The position numbers and the translations under genes were made by a program. A stretch of 64,000 nucleotides of DNA. Origin: Intoshia linei (lineage: Eukaryota > Animalia > Orthonectida). The notes under the pieces are model-generated. The model was not told the DNA's origin, ran no database searches, and saw only the letters and a list, made by a program, of their open reading frames with translations. Shown piece by piece: positions 51,994-64,000 of the stretch (the stretch's first letter is position 1; every line of letters starts with the position of its first letter). The stretch covers positions 1,550 through 65,549 of the forward strand of contig LWCA01000057.1 in the NCBI GenBank assembly GCA_001642005.1, read 5' to 3'.

Positions 51994-54900
51994 TTAATGA
52001 AATCTGCCTCTAGGTTGTCTATATCTGTTGTTGGTATTATATCTGTTCCTTTGAGAATTATAAGGTTGTTCACTGTATCTCGAATTATTATTATATGAGC
52101 CATTGCGGTTATTCTGTGGATGGTATCGTTGCATGCGATTATTATAGGAATAATTTGTATTCTAAAAATTATTATTACATAAATACAATTATTAGAATAC
52201 CTCACTATAGCTTTGGTTGTATCTTCGGTTATCTTGGTGATTATTTATACCGTGCTGTTTGTTATATCCAAATCTGGAATCTAAAACGACAATTTAAGTA
52301 ATAATAGTGCCGTGTACGTACAAAATATTACCAAAAATATAAACTATACCTTGATTTCTAGAGTTTCTGTATGAAGGTTCTAATTTATAATATTAAACTC
52401 ATATAACTATAAAATAATACCACTTCTGTGTTGGACATCCCGAGGTAATCTAATTTTAAAAATTATTAAAAGTATACAGTAATCGAATAACGTCCATTAT
52501 ATAAATGAAACAAAGCATATAGTCATAATATTAAAACTATTTATAGTAAAAATTTGATATAAATACATAAAAAGTTCACATATACATTTTTTAATTTTGG
52601 CGATCGACTAGAAAATTATCTGCGATCGACAGGTTGGGCATCCTTGACATATACCATTAATTATACAAAATAAACAACAGCTAATACTAATAAAAAATTA
52701 TGAAAATCGAATTATAACGTTTTAAGATAAAAGGAACTGACGTTAGAGAAAAAAACATACTTTACAATAGCCTATCAATCAAATATGACACAATTTGAAA
52801 AATAAAATGATTATCAACGTTGAATAGAAATACGCAGGCATTGATCTTATTTTTTTGAGAAAACATCATTTTGACAAGGGACCGAGGCATAAAAAAAGGA
52901 AAGATAAATCACACACTACTCTAAAAGGATTTATATATTACGCATTATTGACGTGTCTTTGGAAAGATTCATTTTGGCCACGGTTATTGCGATTACCTCG
53001 ATAAGTTAAAAAACTTGCCCTGATAGTTTCTTCTGGTATTCTAAATACAAATATTCACATTTTAAAGACAATTAAATCTAATAAGTAAATAAAATAATTA
53101 ATTACTTGGCTCCAGGAAGAAGTTTAGCTTCGAAAAAATCAACGTCACGGAAAATTTCGAAACTTAACCTAAATTGATCATAAACTACCGTAAAGTTGCA
53201 TATTACCCGATACAAGTTATATTTTCCAAATTTGGCAAGTCTGAATTAGGTGCTACAAGTATACTAACTTTTGAAAATAAATACTTGAATAAAATTACCT
53301 TGCTGGACAAATATTTGAAGCACTCTTTTTAATAATACCGGCAGTTCCTCCAAATAGGTTAGAATTCAATTTTATAGATTTCTACATATATTTATAGTAA
53401 AAATAAAAATAATATCATTCTCGTGTCACCTGTACAATAATTAAAAAAAATCTTAATGCGATCAAAATTTGAAATTATTAGAGATCAACAAAAATGTATT
53501 TTGAGAAAAGCGTTTTTCATGGGGTGATTAATTACCCCAGGGGACGATACGTATTCTAAGGTGATTGTAGTGAATAAATAATTTTTCTATTTAAAAAAAT
53601 CTTTAATAAAACGAAAAAAATAACTTCTATATAAGCCAAAAAAACATTTTAATCAATATTGTAAAGTTTCGAATCTACAAAAATATTTTACCTTATCATC
53701 ATTTAAAAAGGTATTCATAAACTTGTAGCTAGGGTGTCGTTTACCAACAAACAACAAATCTGAACCATGCCTATTGCGTTTTTCTAAGACATTTAAAAAT
53801 AGAAAAAATATAAAGTAAACCTTCACCAGGAGTCAATTGATCTTTAACTTCGTCAATAGCATCTTCTAACCGTTTTTTATCAACAAATGGCAGTAAGGCT
53901 ACACCTTGCCATGCAAATTTTTTCCCATTTAAATCAATTTGAAAATTAATAGGATAAAAGTCAATAATTGCCGAATTCTTAAATAAGGTAAAATAAAATA
54001 AAATAAAATTGTACCGGATCTTTCATGAGTGTTGCATATGGTTTAGGCAAAAACTTTGAACTGCCAGCTGGAAAAACGCTCATCAGTTGAGTTAGAGGAA
54101 ATACTGGTTCAGTTTTTTGAAAAGTTATATCGACATGAGATATATTTTTAAAATCTGAAGCAAATGGAGCATAATGGAAAGGATAAAACCAATCCCACGA
54201 TTTACATCCTTGATAATAATACAGCAACACCCAGGATAACCCAACAACATATTCTTCTGTTACAGTTTTACGGAATTCCACATCTGCTAATTCAACCTTG
54301 AATTTGTTTTTGTAATAACGTTCTCTCCATCCTTCCTCCCACAGTCGAATATTGTTGTTATTATCAACTTCCTCGTCAGAATCTACGGAACTGTCGATTT
54401 TTGACATCTTTGGAGTCGAACCAGTTTCTTCAGATGTACTGCTATCGTTCATGCGTTTTCTAGATCCGCTTTCTTCCAAAATTAGATTTAACCTTTGATC
54501 AGTTGAAGTTTGTTTCACCTGAGCCAACATTGAGGATGAAGTAGGTTGGTTCAAAACGTGCAAATGCCCACTAGGGTTATTTCTGTTTTTATTAAAAAAT
54601 CCACTCTTTTTTTTAATTCTATAATCCAAATCATTCTTTCTACGTGTCTTAAAAATTTCATCTTCGTACGATCCCAATTCTTTCATCAACTTTTCTACTA
54701 GGATCAAATCTATTTTCCCGGAATCAGTTAAATATTGTTTGGTACGAATTACTATTCTTTTATAGATGCCAATAAGTCTGTTGATTGCACCTTCTCGAAT
54801 TTGCAATGAGGGCAAATGAGGTAAAAAATCGTTACCAACGAAAAAACACAAAAACACCCAATCGTCAATAAGACGCTCAAAATCGGCACCGGAAGGTTTA

Positions 54901-55903
54901 ATATTTTCAACAGTAAACTCTCTCATTAAATATTCACGCAAAACGGCTAATTTGACAAATATAAACGTAGCTTGTACTTTTTGTGGCAGGTCATCATCTT
55001 GTAGATAAAACCCGGATCGTTCTTTGGTTTCCCCTTTACATTTGTCAATAGTATGACCTATTTGAGAGCAAATTCCACAAGGGCTAGGAACTCCATATTT
55101 AAATTCTTCCCTAATAATAGTAAAACTAACTTCATGCGTAGCTAGACCTAGCATTATCAAATCAGCATCTGCTCCATTTAAACAGTGGTTCAAATTTGGA
55201 TTATAATCTTTGTGAACCCTTTGGGAACGAATATAGTCCATAATTTTATGTTCTCCTTCACCAGGCACTGTAGCATCAGATAAAATAATTTCCAAATCTT
55301 TCCACATGGGATCTGATTCTATCCTTATGGTAATATAGTATTGTAAATAATCAGCCAATCTCATCATAAACTCGGTACCAGGAGTAATACAATTACTGTC
55401 AAAGTATTGATCCTTTTTAAATTTTTCAATGTCCACTCCGTCAGCCTTTAATCGTTCTAAAGCAGCTTCTCTAAGTTGAATATTTTCTGACCCTTCTTTA
55501 GCGGATCGAAATCGTCTGGATCGCTGTTGGTTCATTTTAGCACGTGGAGCTACTCCGTCAATAGCCATAAATAACAATTTACGAGGTCTCACTATTTTCA
55601 TCAGTCGATCAATATACTCAAAAATTGCCATCATCATTTCCTGTTCATTTTTTGGTGCTTCCTTGTGTTCAGGGTGACTAGATTTAAAATTATATTCATC
55701 AAATAGAAATAATACCAGCATGGGTGTATTATTCCGTTCATATCCAAATACAAAGTGTCGTATTCTACTCCATTCGGATTTGGTTTTGTTCCGTCTACTG
55801 TTATTTTCTCGCCGTTGAAAAACTTTTCACGTTCTTCAATACTGTATTGAACAATGTTCATGTATTTTTTACTTAACCATCTGAAAAATGCTGGCACTCC
55901 CAT
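51994..55903 (-). CDS. XRN2: 5'-3' exoribonuclease 2 (Xrn2/Rat1)
   Basis: [63 protein letters not shown] knuckle [39 protein letters not shown]. 3' exons 52449-52421, 52379-52350, 52280-52201, 52161-51994 (TAA). Confidence 0.96.
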
Positions 55904-56920
55904 ATTGTAATAAATAAGTCACAATGTATGAATTCCAAAAATCAATAAAGAATTTATACTTTTATTTTTAAAACATTTATATGTATCCGTAGAGATTATC
56001 TATGTTATTTAAATTCAAATTAATAAACGGATTTTCAACTTTATTACTTATTTATTCTTGTCAATTTGAATTACATGTGTATCTTTTCACCAATACCAAG
56101 TAAACATACAAAATTGCAATTTTTTCATTCCTTTGATAAATAAGAAATTTTTAATTAAAATATTACCAAGGGAAAATTAAAAATTACCGTCAACCGCTAA
56201 TTAGTAAACGAAAAGTAGTTCAAAAAAGTTTATTCATTTTGGTAAATTGTAGAAACGGTAAATAAGTCCCAATTTTCATAATATAAAAATTATATATTAT
56301 GAACATTTTTTACCAAACTGTCAATCGGGAATTTGAAGATTATTTTTTTTAAAGCCTTTAAGTGAAGGGCTTGTAAGATTTTTCTTAACCAAATTTTAAA
56401 GGGGAATTTGAAGATTATTTTTTTACTAAAACTTAAAGGGGAAGGGTTTGTAAGATTTTTTTTAAACAAGCCCTAGAAGGGAAACTTTCAAAAAATAAAT
56501 ATCTTTGTCTAAATATCAATTTAATTTTGTAACCTTTCAAATTTTTTGAAATTTGAAGCTCTAACGCCCCAAATTGTTCTTGTCGTACTCAGTATACTGT
56601 AATTTGTCATGAGAAGCGTCTTACAAATGCAATAAATATACTATATTCAATATCGTATCAAGGTTGAAGGTTGTTTTCACATCCTTCAAATTTAAACTGT
56701 TTTTATCACGTTAGTTGTTTACTCAGTTAACCCTACTAAAAATAAATAATTGTATATTTAATTTTTGCCGAATCGAAAAATTGAGGTAATTAAAATGCTT
56801 TTTTAAGGTTTAAACTTCATACATAACAAAATTTTAACATTGCCAAAATTAGACGATTTGATTAAATAAAATTTTGTTATAAAATTTGATGGGAAATATT
56901 TTAAAAAGATTCATGTAGAT

Positions 56921-57560
56921 CAGTGTTTCCCAACCGTGGGGCCAGACCACACTGGTAGCCATGACGAATTTTTTGGAATGGAGCCTGGAAAATATTACAA
57001 ATTTATAGGATTATGAAACTTTAGATTAATTTATTGTTAATTTTATACAATATTCTCAGGTTTATGAATGGTTATGTGATACTTTAACCAATTAATTGCA
57101 TTAATAAATTATTAGAATGACAAAAAAACAAATATATCTTTAATGATCGTAGGCTATTGAAATTAAATTTAACTAAATTGATGGGTATATGCAAAATGCC
57201 AAATTTGCAAAATTATCTGACTTTAACTACTTTTGCTAAGATTGCTTTGTTGTTATTTCCATCCTCTTATTTAGCAGAATGCGGGTTTAGTGCAGTTTTA
57301 GACGTAGTGAAAAAAAATAAATAGACTACAAATTTCAAAAACAGGGAAATCTATGATTAAAGCTTACAACATTAGTACCTAATATTAATAAACTCTGTCA
57401 GAATCGTCAGGCTCAATCGTCTCATTAATTCTAAAAAATAAATACATTATTGTTTTTATCATTATTTTATTATAATTCGCTCGAATTTTTTTTCAGTGGG
57501 GCCTGAGATTTTTTTAAAAGTAAAAGTGGTGTCTAGTATAAAAAAGGTTGGGAAACACTG
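56921..57560 (+). mobile_element. Buster/Charlie-type hAT deletion derivative
   Basis: TIR CAGTGTTTCCCAACC / GGTTGGGAAACACTG; perfect TSD ATGTAGAT; remnant FPSSYLAECGFSAV...NRQAQSSH*. Confidence 0.9.
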
Positions 57561-58552
57561 ATGTAGATAAAATAAATAATAAAACTTTAAATTTTAATGA
57601 AACTTTAATTTTCAATTTCATTGGCTACTCGGTATACCTTGTAATATTTATCTTCGTCGCAGCTATTCAATTTGTTGAGGAGAATATAATACTAATAAAT
57701 ATTGACTTTTAGATTAAAATATTATTAATTTTTATGAGATTAATTATTCAAAATTGGAAACAAACTTCCAAAATTGACCCATTCAACCTTTAGGCACCGA
57801 TAAATATCGCACCGTGACTGGTTAGTAAATTATTAAGACATACTTTAAATTAATAAAAATTTAGAATTATGGGACCAGAGTTATTTTTAAACGACAATTT
57901 AAACCAAGTTTTTGCTTACATCCCAATTTTGTTAGGGATTCTACGAGAGCACGATGGTTTTTACACGAAACTTAATTATGATTCTTGTACCAATCAAATG
58001 TAAAATGTCTATTTAGACTGTAGAGCAGTGCTTATCAAAGTAATAAACGTCGTGGGCCTTAAAATATTTATATGTAAATATTGTTTTCATCATTTTATAT
58101 ACTTTAATTATTAAATTTAATGTAAATCTTAATTAAATTTTTAATCATGACATATTTTTCTTCCGATTTCTAAAATATTTTTGACTTCAAGACATAATTA
58201 ATAATAATAAAACCAAATTTCAAATATTTGGAAAAATATTATCTCGTTTTCATAGTCGATATTAAATTTTTTCTTGTCAGGTTTGTTAAAAACGGATTTT
58301 TCCCTTAAGGGTAGGTAAATTTTTTAGAGTTTCTCTTTTTGAGTTGGATTTAGTGGTTTTTCTCCTTAATAATATTAAATTAATTCCTCAAATAATATAT
58401 TACTTTAGTCGTGAACCCCGTTATTTTTTGTGGACCCTTTGAGAAGCAGTGATCTAAAATGTATTCGCTTCTAATTTCTTCTGTAATTTAGCCTAAATAC
58501 AGTAAAGTATTTAGAAGGCATACATTAGTGCAAAAATAGCATGTTGTGAATA

Positions 58553-59407
58553 CACTGCCGGACAATATTATAAAGCACCTCATATTTTGTCGAAAAAGGA
58601 CAAATAATATTTATAATTCGTTAATTTCTTTTAATGATATCTAAATTTGGATTTAAAACATGGTATTTATAGTATCTTGACCGATGTCATTCCATACCAT
58701 GATAATAGCTTCTTTAAGGTTTGAATATTGTTTACCTTCGCAATATATGCTTCTCGAAATTATACCCCAGAGATTTTCAATGAGGTTTAAATCAAAAGAG
58801 CAGGCTGGCCACTGTAAAACATTAATTCCTTTTGAAGAAATCCACATTTTTGTTCCCCTAGACGCGTGTATCGATGCATTATCCTGCTGGAACAAAGTAA
58901 ATTTATTGCTATGAGGTAGTAGATATTGTTCCAAAATATCAATGTAACATTTGGAATTTATATTTTGATTTACGAAGCATATTCAGCTCTTCCCATTTTT
59001 TCCAAAAGCTGCCCATATCATAATGCCACCGCCACCACATTGGCATGACATTCTAAATAATGTTTATTTTCTTAAATCATGCTAATAGTAAGAGAAACCG
59101 TCGCGTCCATCTAATTTAATATTTTTCTCGTCTGAAACGAAGACATTGGACCAATTAGTAGACATGTTTAATCTAGAAAAATTTAGTCGACTGTCTTTGT
59201 GTCGCTGAGTTGTTGTTGTTGTTATAAAACATTTTTGTCCTCATTTTTTATCTACTATTAATTTGAATTTTATTTTATATTTTTTTTGCTTCTACCATGT
59301 TTTAAATCCAAATTTAGATATTACTAAGAGAAATTAGCGAATTATAAGTATTATTTGTCCTTTTTCGACAAAATATATGAAGTGCTTTATAATATTGTCC
59401 GGCAGTG
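58553..59407 (-). mobile_element. Tc1/Tc3-like (DD34E) transposon remnant
   Basis: ~78-bp TIRs starting CACTGCCGGACAATATTATAAAGCAC, TA TSD on both sides. Broken transposase SDEK, GGGGIMIWAAF, FQQDNASIH...WPACSFDLNLIENLW, with 34 residues between the second D and E. Confidence 0.92.
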
Positions 59408-59551
59408 TATAAATACAGTGCAATTCCACATAGCTTGTTTCATATTCTACAAATTATCTCATTTCGAAATAACGAATATTCTTCAAAGAGTAATACATTT
59501 TCAAGTATAAAAAAGGTTTGCCATTCAAACGCCAATATTTATATAAATAAA

Positions 59552-60464
59552 ATAGGTTACTGTTATGTACTACGTACAAAAAGCACCTAGATCTGCCGAG
59601 GGCACATTTTTATTCTACCAAATTAATACATTCACGTTGAAAATCTAACTTAACAAATCCTACTATTTACTATTAATCTTTTAAAGGAATGGTTCCTAAA
59701 CTTGTTTCAGGTAGAATCGTCATATCACATTACTTTTTACTTCAAAGTAAATTATTCCATCTTAATTAGTTTTTGTTAACATTTGCGTAAAGAATTTTAA
59801 AAACAATCGTTATGCCATTTTTTTAATTTATTAGACAATGTGTGTATAATATTAAAAATTATTTTTCACCGAGAATTCGTTAATTTCTGGGATTGAAATT
59901 TTGTATTTATATCAACTGGAATAAGCTATATCAGAATTTTTTTTTTTATTTTAATTTTCGGACCGTTAATTATTTCACATTTTTGTTTTAATAAAATATT
60001 TCGGAAAAAAATATATGAATACTAAAATGCTTTTTTGACCGTGAAATCGTCACTTATTCGGATTGAAATTTTTTGTGTGTGTTAACAGGATGCAACTGTA
60101 CCACCTGTGAATTTATTTAAATTCTAGGGCTGATTTCATTAAAAAAAATGGTAATTTGTGGTTTTGGCCTGAAGATAAATTTTTTTTAAATTTAAATATA
60201 TGATAATATTTATGATTTTAAAATCCGTATCAGAGTATATATTTTTTTAAATTTTCCAACTCGTTTGATTTTCAAAAAAAAAGACAATTGGGGTTTTTGA
60301 CCCGTAAAATGTGAGTTTGGGAGGTTGAAATTTATTTTGTTAACACCCCCGGAAAACCCGTAATTGAAGTGTGGACTTTATAATATTCTAAGACTGTTAG
60401 TTATTGAAATAAACGGTAACACACACACAAGCAAATATTGCATAGCATATTATATAGGTAAGGA
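59552..60464 (-). mobile_element. Apparently complete H1 Helitron-like element
   Basis: Minus strand A|TCCTTACCTATATAATATGCTATGCAATATTTG...(TG)n ... GCCCTCGGCAGATCTAGGTGCTTTTTGTACGTAGTACATAACAGTAACCTAT|T. Confidence 0.8.
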
Positions 60465-62091
60465 TTATTACTGTAAAAATTGCACATATACATCCAATAA
60501 AAACACCTAGAATTGTATCATCAACATGGTGTTTTTTATCGTTTATTCGAGTCATTGATATAAATGTTGACACCACTAACAACATTAGTTGAACAACCAA
60601 GATAAATTTTTCAGACACTTTGTAATTTTGTATTTTTTTATTTTTGAGATAAAGCTATTTTTATAATATATATTTTTTCAATTGATTAAAATTACAATTA
60701 AAAATACAGAAATACAAAATACTGTAGAAGCGTGACCAGATACTCGTGATAATCTAACAATAAATATTTTTAATGTTATAATTTTTTCACCTATCTTCGT
60801 CCTTGACGCTATTACCACAGCTTAGAGTATCTACTAGTCCAATATAATCACTGAAAAATGAAATATATCGCATATTTCAATGCCACTCAACCGGCGTTAT
60901 GTGGAATACCAGTATCCCTTAGAAAATCTTATTCATCATTATAATGATTTATAATCGTGTCATGACATATACCGTTACTATAGATAAAATGTATAGGTAT
61001 TCCGCAGATATTAAAGGTTGAAGAGCACTGTATAATTATATTATAACATTTTAAATTAATATGACATTCTCTGGTTCACTGAAAAATTATTCAATTTTAT
61101 AATTTTTTGCATTTAACCTTAAAAAGCTCGGAAGCTTTATTTACATGAAATTTTGAGTTTTACGTGTCATAGACAAGTCCGTGAAGGACCATGATTGAAC
61201 CCATGCGAGATGGAAATTATTGAGCCGACATACAAATAAAAAAGTATTCATGGAATGTAGCGGCTCGTAGAAATACTACTGGGTGGATATGCAAGAATTT
61301 TACAACAATTTAAATTTTAATGTTGAAAACTGAATTTAAAATTTGTAAAAGAATATAATTAAAATTAAATGTTTTTATAAAAATTAATAGAATTAATAAA
61401 TAAAATTAATAAAAATTAATATTTATAGAAAAATTTTTCTAAATTAAATTTAAATTTAAATATTACATTTTAAAAATATTGACAATATAAAATATTTGAA
61501 ATTTGACATATATTTTTATTATATTTTTTTAAAATAAAGCAAACAATAGAAAAATACTAATTTTGAAGTTTTCTGAGTAGAAAGCTTTTTCCGTGTATTT
61601 TATATAAAAATATAGCAAAAATTCTTCATATAATTAAACATTAAAAAAACTTACCTGAAAAACCAGCCCACATATATTCCACTATAATTCATAAATATTT
61701 AAATCAGCACCTGGGGAGGGCTAACGGCCACGTTGAGAACGACTACATTAATTTATAATGTCAAATTGTAAATTGGATAATATAAAACGTAAAGGTATAT
61801 AATTGAATTATTTTTTTAAAATTACTTTATCTTGCAAGTGTTGGCTACAGTGTGACATTTCGACAAAAAATAAGGTCTAGGTCGACCAGATATTCTATAT
61901 AAATAATTAGCTTTAAAATTCAAAAGAAACTTTTTAAAAAAAATAGTGACCAAATAAGTAATTTGATCTGAAAGTATTACTCCAAACATCACACTAAATA
62001 TGTTATAATATCTTATTTTGAATTTGAATCCACAAAATAAAACAACTCGAACATCTTGTTTTCCACAAATAAGTAATTCAACAAGCAAAAT
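60397..62091 (-). CDS. PAP2/PLPP lipid phosphate phosphatase (wunen-like), partial; 5' exons probably further right, 3' end uncertain
   Basis: Exons ~62091-61931, 61894-61826, 60850-60791, 60753-60695, 60654-60472. Catalytic motifs C1 KKISGRPRP, C2 VSGH and C3 TRINDKKHHVDD, plus transmembrane helices. Confidence 0.85.
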
Positions 62092-62698
62092 CTATTAATT
62101 ATTTAAACACTAAATATATTTATATAATAAATATTTCCAATTGATTGATAGTCGTTTTCTTGTTAATTTATTAATTATTGTAATTGAAATAAAAGGCTTT
62201 TGGAAAAAAATATAAAGTAATCTAAAAATTATCTTTAAATCTGTAGCAGTGTTGGCCGATCTCGGTGGCAGAGATACTTTCAATCTTTCAGATTGTATAT
62301 TAGAGTGTGTTTGGTACCTAGAAAAACCTAAAAAATAATTTTTCTTTCATATTTATTTTCGAAACTCAATCTGAAAAAAAGTTTGGTGACGACTGCATTT
62401 CATGTAATTTCATTTTAAATATTAATTTAAAACATCAACATCATAAAAGCCTCTAAATTGACGTTATCAATAGGAAATTTTTATAAAAACAATATAAAAA
62501 GGTGACTAATTATAATTATAGTCACCTTTTTGGTATATAATCGGTAGTATTTGGTAAGTATACATTATTAATGTAATAATCATACATTATTTTTATAATG
62601 TTTAAATTATTAGTGGTATAATAATTACAATAATGAATGTGTTGTAATATGCTGTTTATTTCAACCATACCAAGCTAACCAAAAAGGATTAACATATA

Positions 62699-62996
62699 CA
62701 GTGAAGTCTTCCTATAAGCACATTCAATTCATGTACTTATAGGTAGTGTGCTTATTATAAGCCTTATATAAAGTGACCAGCAATACGAAACTTTTAGGGG
62801 TCTGCTAATTCTGCTTCAGTCGGTATCACAATATTTAATTTATTATAATGGAAAAGGTTAGGCGATTTAATTTATATCGATTGTATTCAGTCTTAATAGG
62901 GGGCGCTATCATTTGAAAATTTTATAAGGGGACACTGGAAAATAAAAGATTGGAAAACACTGTTATAGATAGTGTGCTTATATGGAAACTTCACTG
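62699..62996. mobile_element. Pogo/Tigger-like MITE
   Basis: TIR CAGTGAAGTCTTCCTATAAGCAC / GTGCTTATATGGAAACTTCACTG, flanked by TA. Confidence 0.7.
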
Positions 62997-64000
62997 TAAA
63001 TGTATTGAAATTTGTATGAATTGAAATTTATCATTTATAATAATTTGAGATTTTGTGAAAAATTTTTCCTTTAAAAATTGTTTGAGAATACTAAATTGAC
63101 TTAAAGTGTACTAAATTTTTAATATCTCAATCTCGTCAATCTTAATAATTAAATTATTGAGGTAGGACCTAACTAACTGCTAGGTACTATATTGTTATTC
63201 TAACCTATTTTTGGAATTGAAATTACAGTTATTATTGAAATTGTTCCATATGATATATAAACATACATCATTGGAATCAATGAATTTTGATATGTTCTAA
63301 GTTTCACAGTAAATACGTAAGTTGTTGAAAGTTACCCGTAATATTGATCATAGCAATCTATAATGTAGTTTGCAGCATATGTAAAATTTTTTACAATTAC
63401 ACAGAGAGTAAATACTAAAAAATTATATAAGTTTTCAATAAGCATATACGGCCTATTCCAATGAACAGTTTCAAAAACGTAATGATTGTTATATTCTCGC
63501 CTTTTTTATTTATATCACAAATCGTCATTTTAACACTGAAATAATTTATATATAAACAAATAGTAATTTTATTTCTATTGACTTATGCAAAAACTAGACA
63601 TTATACATACATATTTAAATTCGACAAGGTTAAAGAATTTAATTTAAATGACAAATTTATTTTTTTGTTTTCTTTAATTGTACATTGTACACTTAAGTGT
63701 TAAAATTTTTATAAAACAACAAATCCAGGGTGCTACAAGATGAGCAATATAATTCTAAGCATCATAGTACCATTCGTTAGTTAATTTCAATTTCAGTCAA
63801 TTTGTTAATATTGTTAACAGTATTATCCTTACTTATATAACACTGTCCAACATTGCAAAAAGAAACTTAATGTAACATATATTAAAATAATCAGCTAATT
63901 TTTGTGATTCTAACGATATATATATTTTTATAATTGAAGATCGATCACATGTGATATTTTAATTAGTAATTTTACTATTCTATTAAATTTTTACCCACAA

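Noticed and set aside
1-64000. Alternative genetic code, non-canonical introns, tRNA/rRNA/snRNA genes
   Set aside because: The host genes I reconstructed are explained by the standard code and GT-AG introns. No structured RNA gene was recognised by eye, and a covariance-model search was not run.

Overview
Very AT-rich eukaryotic (animal) genomic DNA with mostly tiny GT-AG introns (about 30-50 nt) and a few 0.5-3 kb introns filled with transposons. This architecture and the strongly diverged bilaterian proteins suggest a compact parasite genome such as the orthonectid Intoshia; that is inference only. Nine spliced protein genes were reconstructed by hand: Claspin (3' part), INSM/nerfin/egl-46 zinc finger, ACSS1-type acetyl-CoA synthetase, LKB1/STK11, an ACBD3/TMED8-like Q+GOLD protein, an LRRC74-like LRR protein, an Nkx2.1 homeobox gene, XRN2 and a PAP2/PLPP lipid phosphate phosphatase (partial). 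Much of the non-coding DNA is transposon-derived: an abundant non-autonomous Helitron-like family with a long 3' hairpin and modular internal repeats, several hAT MITE families with 8-bp TSDs, a decayed hAT transposase and a Tc3-like remnant. No rRNA, tRNA or CRISPR was seen. The best leads are an eh1-like motif in place of SNAG on INSM, a CaaL-ending LKB1, an ACBD3 lacking the ACB domain inside a tightly packed three-gene run, NK2-site clusters around Nkx2.1, and a Helitron that may have replaced the PLPP C-terminus. No single, clearly novel system is proven by the sequence alone.
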